A stretch of 64,000 nt of DNA from Candidatus Kapaibacterium sp. (GTDB lineage: Bacteria > Bacteroidota > Ignavibacteria > Kapaibacteriales > UBA2268): positions 11,017 through 75,016 of the forward strand of contig JAOABA010000015.1 in assembly GCA_026418625.1 (NCBI GenBank). The letters run 5' to 3'. The notes under the pieces are model-generated. The model saw nothing but the letters and a program-made list of their open reading frames with translations. It ran no database searches and was not told the origin of the DNA. Both the position numbers and the translations under genes were made by a program. This document shows, in pieces, positions 40,790 to 51,389 of this stretch (the first letter of the stretch is position 1; each line of letters starts with the position of its first letter).

Positions 40790-41329
40790 ATGAAAAGACC
40801 GGATTGGGATCAATTATATATTACTATGTGCTATCTCGTTGGGATGAGAAGCAGAGACGACAAAACACACGTTGGTTCAGTTATTGTAGACCCTGACAAT
40901 GTTCTTGTTTCGACTGGTTATAATTCTCTACCCCGTAATATTGAAATTGATAAAGACTCATCAAGACTTTCAAGGGAAGGTGGGGAAAAATATTATTGGA
41001 TTGAACACGCTGAGAGAAACGCCATTTATAATGCTGCAAGACGTGGGACAGTCCTAAAAGGTTGTAAAATTTATGTCCCTTGGCTCCCTTGTGCTGATTG
41101 TGCAAGAGCAATCATTCAAACGGGTATTTCTGAGGTAATTATTCATAGAAATGGGCAGGATTTTTATGATCAGCATACTAACGGCAAATGGGTTGATTCA
41201 CACAAACGAACTACAGATATGTTCCTCGAAGCTGGTGTCAGGCTCAGATATGTAACTTGCAACGTTGTTGTTCCGGAAATTTATATGAATGGACAAATTC
41301 ACGATGCTGTAGAGTTTTTGAACAAGTAA
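40790..41329 (+). CDS. Deoxycytidylate (dCMP) deaminase or cytidine-deaminase-like zinc enzyme.
   Basis: HAERNAI and PCADCARAI zinc-binding motifs. Confidence 0.8.
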   Translation: MKRPDWDQLYITMCYLVGMRSRDDKTHVGSVIVDPDNVLVSTGYNSLPRNIEIDKDSSRLSREGGEKYYWIEHAERNAIYNAARRGTVLKGCKIYVPWLPCADCARAIIQTGISEVIIHRNGQDFYDQHTNGKWVDSHKRTTDMFLEAGVRLRYVTCNVVVPEIYMNGQIHDAVEFLNK

Positions 41330-41334
41330 TATCA

Positions 41335-42339
41335 TTACTTTTCAATTAATTCAATAGCTGTAAAAAGAACTTTATCAAAATTAATTAAATTCATATCGTC
41401 CTGATTATTTTTTCCTTTTGAATCTGGTGTAACGCAGACTGAGTCCTTTGAATATGGTCCCCATCTTTTTGGACTTAGATGCGGTGAATTTGGATATAAA
41501 CCAAGAACCTTAATGCCTAAAGCAGCCGCAATATGAACTACCCCAGTAGAGTTTGCTACTAATAATTTTGAAAAGCTAATCAGCGTTATTAATTCTTCAA
41601 GGGTTAATTGAGAGCATAAATTTATAGACGTTTCTGAAATTATCGAAACAATATTGCATTTAGGTTCATCTAATTTGTTTCCGGTTATCACGATTTTTAA
41701 GCCAGTTCTCTCAAATATTTTCTTTGCCAAGCTTCCAAAATTTTCAGCTTTCCACTCATAAGCCGAACCCCCGCTTCCCGGATGGATGATGATAAAATTT
41801 TCTGGAGTTAAATTGTGTTTTTTTAATAAGGTTTCAATTGTTCTTTTATCGCTGTCATTAATATTTGGTTTTACTAATTCTGTTTTTAATTTTTTTTCAG
41901 TGAGATTTTCAATCATATTGACATTATATTCTGCTTCGTGCATTTCTGCTGTTTTCCGGTGTGAATAAATTTTAAAGTTAAATAAAAAGGAATACCAGCG
42001 ATAGGCTGAGCCAACTCTAAGTTTTTGTCCTGTTAGAAAAGCACTTAGGCATTCATTGAATCTCGGTCTTGGAAAAAAAACGACATCAAATTTTTCATTA
42101 TTAAATATTCCATTTATTCCATCATTGAAATCCTCTAAAAAAAACTTCTTATCAATACATTTGAGATTTTCAAGTAAAGGTTTTGTATATTTAGAAGAAA
42201 TGAGAGTAATGTACTTATCGGGAAATGTTTCTTTGATTGCTTTAGCCATAGGTAAGGTTAGAACCATATCACCTAACTTATCAGTTCTTACAATGGCTAT
42301 TTTTTTTGAATTAAAAAAAAACTCCCTTTTATCTTTCAT
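41335..42339 (-). CDS. Family 9 glycosyltransferase (LPS heptosyltransferase-like).
   Basis: N-terminal IAIVRTDKLGDMVLTLP. C-terminal HPGSGGSA...ANSTGVVHIAAALG, typical of GT9. Confidence 0.75.
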   Translation of the reverse strand: MKDKREFFFNSKKIAIVRTDKLGDMVLTLPMAKAIKETFPDKYITLISSKYTKPLLENLKCIDKKFFLEDFNDGINGIFNNEKFDVVFFPRPRFNECLSAFLTGQKLRVGSAYRWYSFLFNFKIYSHRKTAEMHEAEYNVNMIENLTEKKLKTELVKPNINDSDKRTIETLLKKHNLTPENFIIIHPGSGGSAYEWKAENFGSLAKKIFERTGLKIVITGNKLDEPKCNIVSIISETSINLCSQLTLEELITLISFSKLLVANSTGVVHIAAALGIKVLGLYPNSPHLSPKRWGPYSKDSVCVTPDSKGKNNQDDMNLINFDKVLFTAIELIEK

Positions 42340-42412
42340 AATAAAATATTTGATTATTCTTTTTTATAATTTGCATTATGTTCCAGAAAAAATTACAAAA
42401 AAGATATTACAA

Positions 42413-43279
42413 ATGAGAAGATTGGTTCACATATTTTTCATAACCTCTATAATTGGATTGATTTCAATCAGTCTATTAGGTGGAAATAGCGTCTCTTCTC
42501 ATTTAATAAATAAAAATATTCACAACAAAAATGTGTTTTTCCCTTACCTTCCCCAGCAGGACACTATTTATGTTCTTGGAGATACATATATTGAAGTCTG
42601 TATTAAAAGGCAATATGCTTTCTTGTATCAAAGGAATGATTCAATATTCAAATTTAGAATATCATCTGGAACCTCAAAAATTAAAGAAGGTTTAGACACA
42701 CCACCGGGGCTTTTCACAGTGCAGAATAAAACGCCATTAGCAATTTCAAAACAATTCAATAATGCAGAGCTTTTTAATTGGATTGGCTTTCGAGGTAATA
42801 TTGGCTTTCACGGATTAAAAGGTTCAGGATATTACGGTCATCTTGGATTTAGACCTTCATCTCACGGATGTATTCGTATTTCAAGAGAAGATGGTGATTT
42901 TTTGTATAAAAAAGTTAAAGTGGGGACTCCAGTTCTTGTTTATGAAACAGAGCCAGCTATAACCCTTAGTTTTGCTAACTTGGATGATTTTGATTATACC
43001 GAAGATGAAATCATTGACCGCAGCGATGCATATTTTAAAAATTTAATGAATTTTAGGATTAATAATTTATATTCTGGTTCGGCATACAGGCTCAATCAAG
43101 GTAGAGTATTTCTTGATGGAAAGGTTGCTCTTAGGGTTGGTGGACTGCCAATCGGTGAAAAATCCAAAATTGCTAAATTTCAAAAAATTCCAGTCCTGTT
43201 CGAAAGACACTTTTTTGCTTACGACAAATTAAGGACAAATTTCAAATTGACACATCAAGATTCTTTAATCAAAAATTAA
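42413..43279 (+). CDS. L,D-transpeptidase (YkuD-domain) protein.
   Basis: N-terminal transmembrane or signal segment. Catalytic HGLKGSGYYGHLGFRPSSHGCIRIS motif. The ORF-track start at 42056 overlaps the convergent GT9 gene, so the ATG at 42413 is preferred. Confidence 0.75.
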   Translation: MRRLVHIFFITSIIGLISISLLGGNSVSSHLINKNIHNKNVFFPYLPQQDTIYVLGDTYIEVCIKRQYAFLYQRNDSIFKFRISSGTSKIKEGLDTPPGLFTVQNKTPLAISKQFNNAELFNWIGFRGNIGFHGLKGSGYYGHLGFRPSSHGCIRISREDGDFLYKKVKVGTPVLVYETEPAITLSFANLDDFDYTEDEIIDRSDAYFKNLMNFRINNLYSGSAYRLNQGRVFLDGKVALRVGGLPIGEKSKIAKFQKIPVLFERHFFAYDKLRTNFKLTHQDSLIKN

Positions 43280-43297
43280 GAGATTAGTTTGTTTAAA

Positions 43298-44443
43298 TCA
43301 ATATCCTGTTAATTCAACATAGCCTTTACCACTTATGTCTTTTCCTTTGAATTTCCCTTTCAATCGGACTGCGCCTTCCCAATAGCGGAATGAATGTTGA
43401 TGTTCTTGATTTTTAATGAAAGGCTCTATTTCGAGCTTTATTTCCTTTTTGGGAATATTTATTATCCAACCGGAAGGATATTTCCTTCCATCAGGGCTTT
43501 TCCAATAGTCAGTTACTGAAAGTTGAACTTGACCAGCTATAATCCTGTCATAAGTTCCCTGAGGATTTACTATTGTTCCGCTGCTGAATTCATCAAACGA
43601 GCCATCTTTTTTTCTTAAAGCATAGAACATAATTTCGTAATCATTATCCAACTGCAAGGAAAACCAATCCCAACCAATCTGATTTGTATCCAAAGAACTT
43701 GTGCTCCATTCTCTATCGAACCAAGAATAACCATTTAATTTGAAATCCTGCCCTTTAACCTTTATTTTTCCAGTTGTTTTTAGTTTAGTAATGGAAAAAT
43801 AATAAGATGCATTTCCCTTTGTTCCGCTCTTTTGGCTTAATCCTTCATTTCCCTGAAGCACGATTGGTTTTTGGCTTACGAGCGAAAGAGACATTTCTAT
43901 ATCATCAGCAAAAGCATATATTTCAAAATCTGTTTGTTTTGTCAAGGGGTTATAATTAAAGTTAAAATAGAAATTTTCAACATTTATTTTATTTTGAGAA
44001 GAATCGAAAGTCGCCAGTGGGTTCAAAGCTCTTGAAATTTTCTCGAAGGAATAGAACTTGCTTTCTGAAATATCGGTTATAGCAAAATGACACATATAAA
44101 TATCACTACTCTCCCAGTTTTTCATCGGATAAAGAGCTTTAAAAAGCGAATTTCTGAAAATAGTGAACTGATAACCGAACTGCCGCCCATTTTCAGCTTC
44201 AAGATTACCGGTAAAATACCACCATTCATTTCGGAAGTCAGGCTTAGGATAAAAATCTTCAGGGAATTTAAAAACCCTCTTGTCTATTGCTTTTTTGAAG
44301 ATAGTATCATTGTTTCCCGTTAAGACGGAAGTAATCTCGATGAAACTACTTTTACTATCTTTAGCCTTATTTTCATTATTAAAATACAAAATAACGATAG
44401 AAGCCAGAATCATTGCTAAAATTATAATGATAATCCTTAACAT
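43298..44443 (-). CDS. AttH/CrtC-like lipocalin-domain protein.
   Basis: Signal/transmembrane N-terminus. EWWYFTGNLEAENGRQFGYQFTIFR block characteristic of the CrtC/AttH family. Sits directly downstream of the MacB-type ABC genes, as AttH does in AttEFGH. Confidence 0.65.
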   Translation of the reverse strand: MLRIIIIILAMILASIVILYFNNENKAKDSKSSFIEITSVLTGNNDTIFKKAIDKRVFKFPEDFYPKPDFRNEWWYFTGNLEAENGRQFGYQFTIFRNSLFKALYPMKNWESSDIYMCHFAITDISESKFYSFEKISRALNPLATFDSSQNKINVENFYFNFNYNPLTKQTDFEIYAFADDIEMSLSLVSQKPIVLQGNEGLSQKSGTKGNASYYFSITKLKTTGKIKVKGQDFKLNGYSWFDREWSTSSLDTNQIGWDWFSLQLDNDYEIMFYALRKKDGSFDEFSSGTIVNPQGTYDRIIAGQVQLSVTDYWKSPDGRKYPSGWIINIPKKEIKLEIEPFIKNQEHQHSFRYWEGAVRLKGKFKGKDISGKGYVELTGY

Positions 44444-44445
44444 AT

Positions 44446-46983
44446 TTATTCCTCCCTCAGAGCAATTGATGGAGAAATTCGGGACATTTTGTAAGCAGGA
44501 TAAATCGAAGCGAGAATTGCTGATATTATGCCAACCAAAACAGCTTCAATCAATAATTCAGGTATAATATTGAATTGCAAAGTCCAGCCGAATGACCTTT
44601 TATTGATTACATAGATAAGCACCAATGCTAAGATATTTCCCAGAGGAATAGATAAAATTCCAGCAATCAAGCCCATAATCCCCGTTTGGAGATTTAAATA
44701 TTTCCAAATATCCCTTGGTGTCATCCCGTTTGCCCTGTAAATAGCAATTTCCTTTGTTCTTTCAAGCTGTAGCGACATTAGAGCTGACAAAACACCAATG
44801 AAAGCTACTATTATCGCAAGAATCTGCAGAACATTTGTTACAATAAAAGTTCTGTCGAATACCTCAATAGATGATTTGAGCAAGTCTTTGTTCGATCTGA
44901 CAATTATCTCTTGGTCTGTCCCGACTAAATTGCGGATCTTATTTATTGTCTCTTGCACATCATAACCTTCCTTGAGAAATACTCCTAAACCTGATAGTTT
45001 CCTATCATCCCAGAATTTTCGGTAAGTTTCTATCTCCATAAAGATCAAGCCAATATCCGAGCCATAGTCATAGTGAACACCTGCAATTCTGAATTTTTTC
45101 ATTCCCTTGTCTGTCAATACATCTACTGAATCGCCAACACCCTTGTTTGTCCTATATGAATAAGGTTCAGTAACCATTACTTCGCCCTGTTTTAGTTTAG
45201 TCCATATTTGCTTTGGATCTCCTTCTTTGAAAACATACATTGACGAAGGATCTTCGGGAAAGCTGCTTCCGATAAGGTGAATCATATTATTTCCTTCAGT
45301 GATTCTCAATTCCCTGTAAAGAGTTAAATTTTTGACTTCGGGCAATTTTTCAAGTAATGTGTCAAGTCCATCGGGAATTGTTGCATCATTAAATCTTGAA
45401 ATTAATGTTGGAACTGAGATATAGATGTCTTTTTGAAGCCTTGTTTCGAGCCAGTTCACAACTGTTATCCTGAAGCTATTAACCATTGTTCCAACTCCTA
45501 TGGCTGCTGCAAGAGAAATTGCAAGGGCTGATATGGCAATACCTATTCTACTTAGTGAATTTGCTAAACCTTTAGAAGCCATCGCTCCAATAACTCCGAA
45601 TACTCTTTTGGCGAGTGGCTTTATGATATTAGTAAAAAATATTACCAAAGCAGGTGTGAACATAGTAAAGCCAACCATCAAGGGAAGCACCCCGATAAAG
45701 CTTAATAAAACATTTTTTCCTGAAACAGCGAAAATCAAAATTGAAAGTCCTATTGAGGCAAGTCCATAAAGTATGAGAATAAATCTCTTACGTTTATATT
45801 CACTCTCCACAAAAGAGCGAAGAACAACAAGCCTTGGCGGTGTTTTGGTTGACTCATAAGCTGGTTTGAGAGCTGAAATAACAGTGGCAAGAATCCCAAG
45901 GAAGACTGTCTTCAAAATTGTTTCCTGCGAGACATAGATATCACGAACGGTAATAACAAAATAAAGGTCGTTGATTGATTGAGTAACCAAGCCAAGCAAA
46001 TAGTTTCCCAATAAAATACCAAGGAATATGCCAATAATTGTTCCAATCAATCCAATAGCTAAGGACTCAAGCATAACAGTAGTAAAAATTTCCCTCCTTG
46101 TAATGCCCAATGACCTTAATAATCCGATATGCTTTCTTCGCTGAACAACCGAAAAAGTCATTGTATTATAAATCAAGAACATACCAACAATCAGAGCAAG
46201 AAGGCTCATTGCTGTCAAATTCAAATTGAAAGCTGAAATCATCTGAGTTGATATTTTTGTTCTTGTTTCCGACCTTGTTAGCTGAACATTTTCGGGTAGC
46301 ATTTCAGCTATTTCTTTTTCATCATATTTTGATTTGTCATCAATTATAAGGTCAATCCTCGATAAAAGCGAATCCATCAAAAAAATCCGCTTAGCAGTCG
46401 AAATATCAGTAATAGCCAAAGATTCATACTTTTTTGGGTTATTCTTATCCTTCAAAATGCCCACAATATTCAAAATAAAATATTCTCCGCCGTGCTTGAC
46501 TTTCAAGGTGTCGTCAATTGATTTTCCGGTCTGCTGAGAGAATGAATAAGATACAAGGACAGAATTCGGAACAGAGAGCAGCTTCCCATAAATCTCTCCG
46601 ATAGGAACATCTGCATTATCAATAAAATCCCGAAAATCTTTTTCTGCAAAAACATCAACTCCAAGCAGGTTCAATGTAAATGGGGGATTTGTTTGTGTAA
46701 TGATATTCTGCTCTACAACTGGTGCAATTTTGTCCAGTTTTCTATTTAATTTCAGATAATAATAAATAGAGTCAGGTATTCCTGCAGGTGAACCGTGAAT
46801 TATTTGAGTTGTTTTTCCCGTAATTCCATCCATTGACATTTCGAAAGCCTTCATTGCACTATTGCTCGAAATATCAATAGAAATAACGACAGCAACACCA
46901 ATAGCCACACCAATAATCGAAAGGACTAATTGAATCGGGTGTTTCAAAAGATATCTGAGGCTCGATTTTTCGTGTTGCTTCAT
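44446..46983 (-). CDS. ABC transporter permease with duplicated FtsX domains (MacB/YbbP-like).
   Basis: 845 aa. Two 4-transmembrane FtsX modules, each preceded by a large periplasmic domain (GLLRSLGITRRE and IAIYRANGMTPRD motifs). Confidence 0.8.
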   Translation of the reverse strand: MKQHEKSSLRYLLKHPIQLVLSIIGVAIGVAVVISIDISSNSAMKAFEMSMDGITGKTTQIIHGSPAGIPDSIYYYLKLNRKLDKIAPVVEQNIITQTNPPFTLNLLGVDVFAEKDFRDFIDNADVPIGEIYGKLLSVPNSVLVSYSFSQQTGKSIDDTLKVKHGGEYFILNIVGILKDKNNPKKYESLAITDISTAKRIFLMDSLLSRIDLIIDDKSKYDEKEIAEMLPENVQLTRSETRTKISTQMISAFNLNLTAMSLLALIVGMFLIYNTMTFSVVQRRKHIGLLRSLGITRREIFTTVMLESLAIGLIGTIIGIFLGILLGNYLLGLVTQSINDLYFVITVRDIYVSQETILKTVFLGILATVISALKPAYESTKTPPRLVVLRSFVESEYKRKRFILILYGLASIGLSILIFAVSGKNVLLSFIGVLPLMVGFTMFTPALVIFFTNIIKPLAKRVFGVIGAMASKGLANSLSRIGIAISALAISLAAAIGVGTMVNSFRITVVNWLETRLQKDIYISVPTLISRFNDATIPDGLDTLLEKLPEVKNLTLYRELRITEGNNMIHLIGSSFPEDPSSMYVFKEGDPKQIWTKLKQGEVMVTEPYSYRTNKGVGDSVDVLTDKGMKKFRIAGVHYDYGSDIGLIFMEIETYRKFWDDRKLSGLGVFLKEGYDVQETINKIRNLVGTDQEIIVRSNKDLLKSSIEVFDRTFIVTNVLQILAIIVAFIGVLSALMSLQLERTKEIAIYRANGMTPRDIWKYLNLQTGIMGLIAGILSIPLGNILALVLIYVINKRSFGWTLQFNIIPELLIEAVLVGIISAILASIYPAYKMSRISPSIALREE

Positions 46984-46987
46984 TTTT

Positions 46988-47674
46988 TTAATTTGGGTTA
47001 AGTGTTTGAATTGAGCCGTCCTTTATTTGCAGGATTCTGTCTGCTATTCCAATCACTTCACGGCTGTGAGTAGCCATTATGAGTGTCTTATTATTCTTCC
47101 TTACGAGGTTGTCCAAAAGATTTATTACTGCTTTGCCGTTCTCGTAATCAAGATTACCGGTTGGTTCATCGGCAAGAATAATATCCGGATTATGAATCAA
47201 AGCTCTTGCAATGGCAATTCTTTGCTGCTCTCCTCCAGAAAGTATATCTGGATAGCTTTTCCATCGGCTCAACAAACCAACTTCTTCGAGCAATTCATTA
47301 GCTTTTTCTTTAAATCCATTTGTATTTTTGAAGTTTAATTCATAAGGAAGAAGCAAGTTTTCTTCAACTGTCAGCGTTGGAATTAAATTGAAAAACTGGA
47401 ATATAAAACCAATTTTTTTTCTTCGATATAACGTTCGGTTATGTTCTGATTGCTCGGTTATTTTCAAATCATCAACTATTATTTCACCTTTGTCGGGCAA
47501 ATCAATTCCACTAATCAGGTTTAAAAGAGTGGATTTTCCCGAGCCGCTCTTTCCAAGCAAAATTACAATCTCGCCTTGGCTGAGACTTAGGTTTATCCCT
47601 TTCAGGACATCATAGACAGAGAGACCTTCCTTATATGATTTATGAATGTTGATAAGCTCAATTTTAAAACTCAT
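46988..47674 (-). CDS. ABC transporter ATP-binding protein (LolD/MacB-type).
   Basis: Walker A GKSGSGKST. Signature LSGGEQQRIAIARAL. Walker B ILADEPTGNLD. Confidence 0.9.
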   Translation of the reverse strand: MSFKIELINIHKSYKEGLSVYDVLKGINLSLSQGEIVILLGKSGSGKSTLLNLISGIDLPDKGEIIVDDLKITEQSEHNRTLYRRKKIGFIFQFFNLIPTLTVEENLLLPYELNFKNTNGFKEKANELLEEVGLLSRWKSYPDILSGGEQQRIAIARALIHNPDIILADEPTGNLDYENGKAVINLLDNLVRKNNKTLIMATHSREVIGIADRILQIKDGSIQTLNPN

Positions 47675-48143
47675 TTTTACTGGATTTCATTAAAATTTTA
47701 CTGAAACGAAATATAAACTCTTTTGTTGAAAATGGTAAAATTAGTAAATTGAAAATCTAAATATTATCGGATAAAATTAATATTACTTAATAATTGTTAA
47801 GAAAAATTAGTTTGTTTTTTTCGAAAAAGATTTATAAGTTTTAGTGAACTAAAAAATATTTTTTAGTTAATGTTGTTTAATTTACTTGATTATATTTACC
47901 TGAATATTTTTGATATCCTTGTAAATTCAATGTTTACAAAATTTTATCAAAAAAGTAAAGCAATATTAGTCAAGAAAATGGAGGAAAATGGAGGTTTTTA
48001 GAAAAAATAATCTTTTTTATTTTAGAACCTCATTATAATAGAATTTTTAAGTTTTTACTTTATTTTTTGAATTATATACTTATGAAATTAATGTTACAAG
48101 CAAAAAATACCGGTTCAGATACAAGGAAAAAGGTATTTTCAAT

Positions 48144-48161
48144 ATACCAAAAATCTGGTAT
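48144..48161. promoter_or_regulatory. Palindromic candidate operator upstream of the beta-helix T9SS gene.
   Basis: ATACCA-N6-TGGTAT perfect palindrome. A second pair, AATACC (48106-48111) and GGTATT (48132-48137), sits just upstream. About 140 nt from the start codon. Confidence 0.25.
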
Positions 48162-48302
48162 TTCCCAGTTAATACTGCAATTATATTTTTGCACTTGTAA
48201 TTAATTTGATTTCATAAGTTATTCTCAGTTGAAAAAATGTTTATAATAAAAAACAAAGGATTGAAAAACAATTTGTTCAATATTCAACAAAGGAGTGACT
48301 TT

Positions 48303-51300
48303 ATGAAAAAACAAATATCTCATCTACTTCTTTTACTGACGGTTTTTTTAGTCAGTGCAGGAAGTATATTCGCAACAACATATTATGTTGACGGCACAAC
48401 TGGAAATGATGCCAATGACGGTTTAACTCCAGCTACTGCGTTCGCGACAATTCAATATGCCATAAATACTGCAAGCAACGGAGATGTTATTCAAGTTGCT
48501 GCTGCTACTTATAATGAAGACTTAACGGTCAATAAGCAATTACAGATAATTGGTGCCAACAAATCAACAACTATAATTGATGGTGCTAATCCTACAACAA
48601 TAGTTGTTGACATCACAAGCTCAAATGTGGTAATCAAGAATTTTACAATTCAAAACATAATTAGAACAACTGGTGGTGTTAATAAAAATCTAATTAAAAT
48701 CGCTCCGGGATTATCTTACATAACTATTGAGAACAATCTTATAGGTCCAAACTCAAATTCAAGTTTTTCGATTGACTATAATATCTCACAAGCCGATAAT
48801 ATTTACATTGATGCCTCCACAGCAGTCTCACACATTACCATTAAAGACAATGAAATTTTCTCTGCTTATGGAAATGGTAGTGGTATAATGATTTATGCTC
48901 CTTATAATTCAGGTGTTGGTGGTGCCTCTCATTTCACAATTGATGCTAATTTGGTTTATGATAATGCCAGAAATGGTGTCGAAATTCAAGGTGAATTTAA
49001 TAGTTCTTGTATAACTGAAAATAAGATTTATGGTAACGCATACATTAGGTCACCTTATAACATCACTGGAACAAGATACGGTAATGGACTTGTTATGATG
49101 CAAGTCAACGGACATAGTGGAGCAACAAATGGTTTCTATGATGTTTGCATAGATTTAAACAGCTTTTTCTATAATTACCACTCAGGTTTTTACATTTATG
49201 GTAAAATGAATAACATTGACTTTGTCAATAATGACTCTTGGGGTAATACCGATGGAGCCGTATTTAATGTTGACGCAAATCAATGGGTTCATCCTTTTCG
49301 TCCTCTTTCATCAACAACAGATGATAATTTAACTGATGTTGTTGCTAAAGATAATTTATTCTATGCAAACGCTCGCTTTGGAATGTATAATACTTCAAGC
49401 TACGTCATAAATGCCGAAAGATGCTATTGGGAAGAACCACCACACTATATTTTAGGTGGACAAAATTCAAACAGAGCGGGACATACATATTCGTGGGGTC
49501 CACAAGTTGCAAGAGGATCTTTTACTGACGATGGTTCACCCTTCGATGGAACTTGGCTTGATGGAGGAAGGGATTATTTCTTACCTAATGATGCAACTCC
49601 AAATAATTTCGGTGCTGATGAATCCGATGTTGATGCCTATACATCAACAATTTGGGGAAAAATTGACTTTTCACCTTATGTAACTGATATGAATTCCGCC
49701 TCGACTTGGGCTTCTTTAACACTCAGAAACATTACAGTTGATAATGCTAATGTTTCGATGCCAAATCCACCATATTCATTGGGTATTCATAACGAATTCG
49801 ATAATATTCAAAATGCTATTGATGCCGCACAGGAAGGCGATATCATCGAGGTAGTTGATAATGGAACAGGCTTTGATTATGCCGAAAATATCGTCATTGA
49901 TAAAGGCTTAACAATTAAAGCCAAAAATGGTTCACCAGTTTTAAAACCAAGTAGTGGTGTTAATATCACATCGACAACAGCTTCAAACAGTGCAGTTATC
50001 GGACTAAAAATTGTTAGAAACACTTCTCCAACAACAAATATGTTTGGAGTTGCTACAAATACCGGTAATGTTCAGACCTGCGGTAGCACATATTGGAACG
50101 GAGCAACACAGCTCTTTACATATTCTTCAATTGATCCATTCGTAGAGGATGGTGATAATAACGCACCAGTTGGAAATAACAACAGCACAAATGATAATAA
50201 CACACTGGGTATATTTATTATTTGCACTAATCCTCCACAAAATAATCTTGTTCTTTGGCTCGATGCAACTCAAATGGGATATAGTCTAAGTGATGGACAA
50301 CAGCTTGCTTTAGCACCTCCAGCAAGTTTTGCTTGGGAAGATCAAGCTGGAAATAATGACCGTGCTATGCAGGGTAACAATAATATGCGTCCAACTTATA
50401 ACACTAATATTATTAACAGCTTACCAGCAGTCAGATTCACCAAGACAAGTAGTCCATTTACATCCAAATATTTATGGATTGATTATAATTCATCGAGCAA
50501 CAGACCAAATGCTCTTACTGATAAAATGTTATTTGTTCTTTTCAAAACTCCATCGAGTATCACTGGAACTGATCCTCAAATGGTTTTTGAATTAGGTGGA
50601 GTAACAAGCGGTATGAATGCCTATATACTTCCCGGAACTCCTCCAAAAATCGGCTTAGGTATTTGGAGAACTACCACTCCAATTCAGAGAAGATATTTCG
50701 AATTTAACGCTGCTACTAACACCGTCTATTTAGCAAGAGCTTACTATGATGGAACAAACTTCCAGGCATTCTTAAACGGTTCATCTTCAAGCACAATTTC
50801 TTTTGCTGGTCTAACAGCGGATGCTTTCAGCTCTCGAACTGGTGTTGGTGCAGCTGTCAATGGAACAAGATATTCTTGGGGTTCATTTAATATGACTCAA
50901 GGTCATCATTTTGATGGTTATTTAGGTGAAGTTCTTTTATATAATGATTATGATGCAACAGATTGGTCTGATGCAAAGAATTACCTTGGTGCAAAATGGG
51001 GACTTAGCGGTTACTTCTTCTTCCCAAGAAATGATGGTTGGGAACTCATCAGCGAAGATTCTGATTTGAGCGGTGATGTTCAACTAATCCCAGCTTATCC
51101 AAACCCATTCTCAACTTCAACATCATTTGACTTTGCTGTTGCAGAGACTCAAAATGTAACTGTTGAGCTATATGATGCTCTTGGTCAAAAAGTTGGAACC
51201 TTGTTCTCTGGTGTAGTGAATAAAAATGAAGTAAATACTATAAATATTGACGGAACAAACTTATCATCCGGTTTATACGTTTATAGAATTCTTGGTGAAA

Positions 51301-51338
51301 CATTTACCGAATCTGGTAAAGTTATTTTAAATAAGTAA
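48303..51338 (+). CDS. Secreted right-handed parallel beta-helix protein with a LamG-like lectin domain and a T9SS C-terminal sorting domain.
   Basis: GGAG Shine-Dalgarno-like motif 7 nt upstream of the ATG at 48303, and a signal peptide. Beta-helix N-terminal motif (TTYYVDGTTGNDANDGLTPATAFATIQYAINTASNGDVIQVAAATYNE). LamG-like block (FDGYLGEVLLYNDYDATDW). C-terminal AYPNPFSTSTSFDFAV...GLYVYRILG...ILNK. Confidence 0.75.
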   Translation: MKKQISHLLLLLTVFLVSAGSIFATTYYVDGTTGNDANDGLTPATAFATIQYAINTASNGDVIQVAAATYNEDLTVNKQLQIIGANKSTTIIDGANPTTIVVDITSSNVVIKNFTIQNIIRTTGGVNKNLIKIAPGLSYITIENNLIGPNSNSSFSIDYNISQADNIYIDASTAVSHITIKDNEIFSAYGNGSGIMIYAPYNSGVGGASHFTIDANLVYDNARNGVEIQGEFNSSCITENKIYGNAYIRSPYNITGTRYGNGLVMMQVNGHSGATNGFYDVCIDLNSFFYNYHSGFYIYGKMNNIDFVNNDSWGNTDGAVFNVDANQWVHPFRPLSSTTDDNLTDVVAKDNLFYANARFGMYNTSSYVINAERCYWEEPPHYILGGQNSNRAGHTYSWGPQVARGSFTDDGSPFDGTWLDGGRDYFLPNDATPNNFGADESDVDAYTSTIWGKIDFSPYVTDMNSASTWASLTLRNITVDNANVSMPNPPYSLGIHNEFDNIQNAIDAAQEGDIIEVVDNGTGFDYAENIVIDKGLTIKAKNGSPVLKPSSGVNITSTTASNSAVIGLKIVRNTSPTTNMFGVATNTGNVQTCGSTYWNGATQLFTYSSIDPFVEDGDNNAPVGNNNSTNDNNTLGIFIICTNPPQNNLVLWLDATQMGYSLSDGQQLALAPPASFAWEDQAGNNDRAMQGNNNMRPTYNTNIINSLPAVRFTKTSSPFTSKYLWIDYNSSSNRPNALTDKMLFVLFKTPSSITGTDPQMVFELGGVTSGMNAYILPGTPPKIGLGIWRTTTPIQRRYFEFNAATNTVYLARAYYDGTNFQAFLNGSSSSTISFAGLTADAFSSRTGVGAAVNGTRYSWGSFNMTQGHHFDGYLGEVLLYNDYDATDWSDAKNYLGAKWGLSGYFFFPRNDGWELISEDSDLSGDVQLIPAYPNPFSTSTSFDFAVAETQNVTVELYDALGQKVGTLFSGVVNKNEVNTINIDGTNLSSGLYVYRILGETFTESGKVILNK

Positions 51339-51389
51339 ATTAGTTTTAATTATATTTTATTTGTTTTATTATTTTTTAGGAGTCTTTAT

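Noticed and set aside
42056-42412. ORF-track start at 42056 for the L,D-transpeptidase gene.
   Set aside because: That extension overlaps the convergent GT9 gene for ~280 nt and encodes low-complexity sequence. The ATG at 42413 gives a normal transmembrane/signal N-terminus.
48237-48302. ORF-track start at 48237 for the beta-helix protein.
   Set aside because: The ATG at 48303 is preceded by a GGAG motif at the right spacing and begins a canonical signal peptide. The upstream extension adds 22 non-signal residues.
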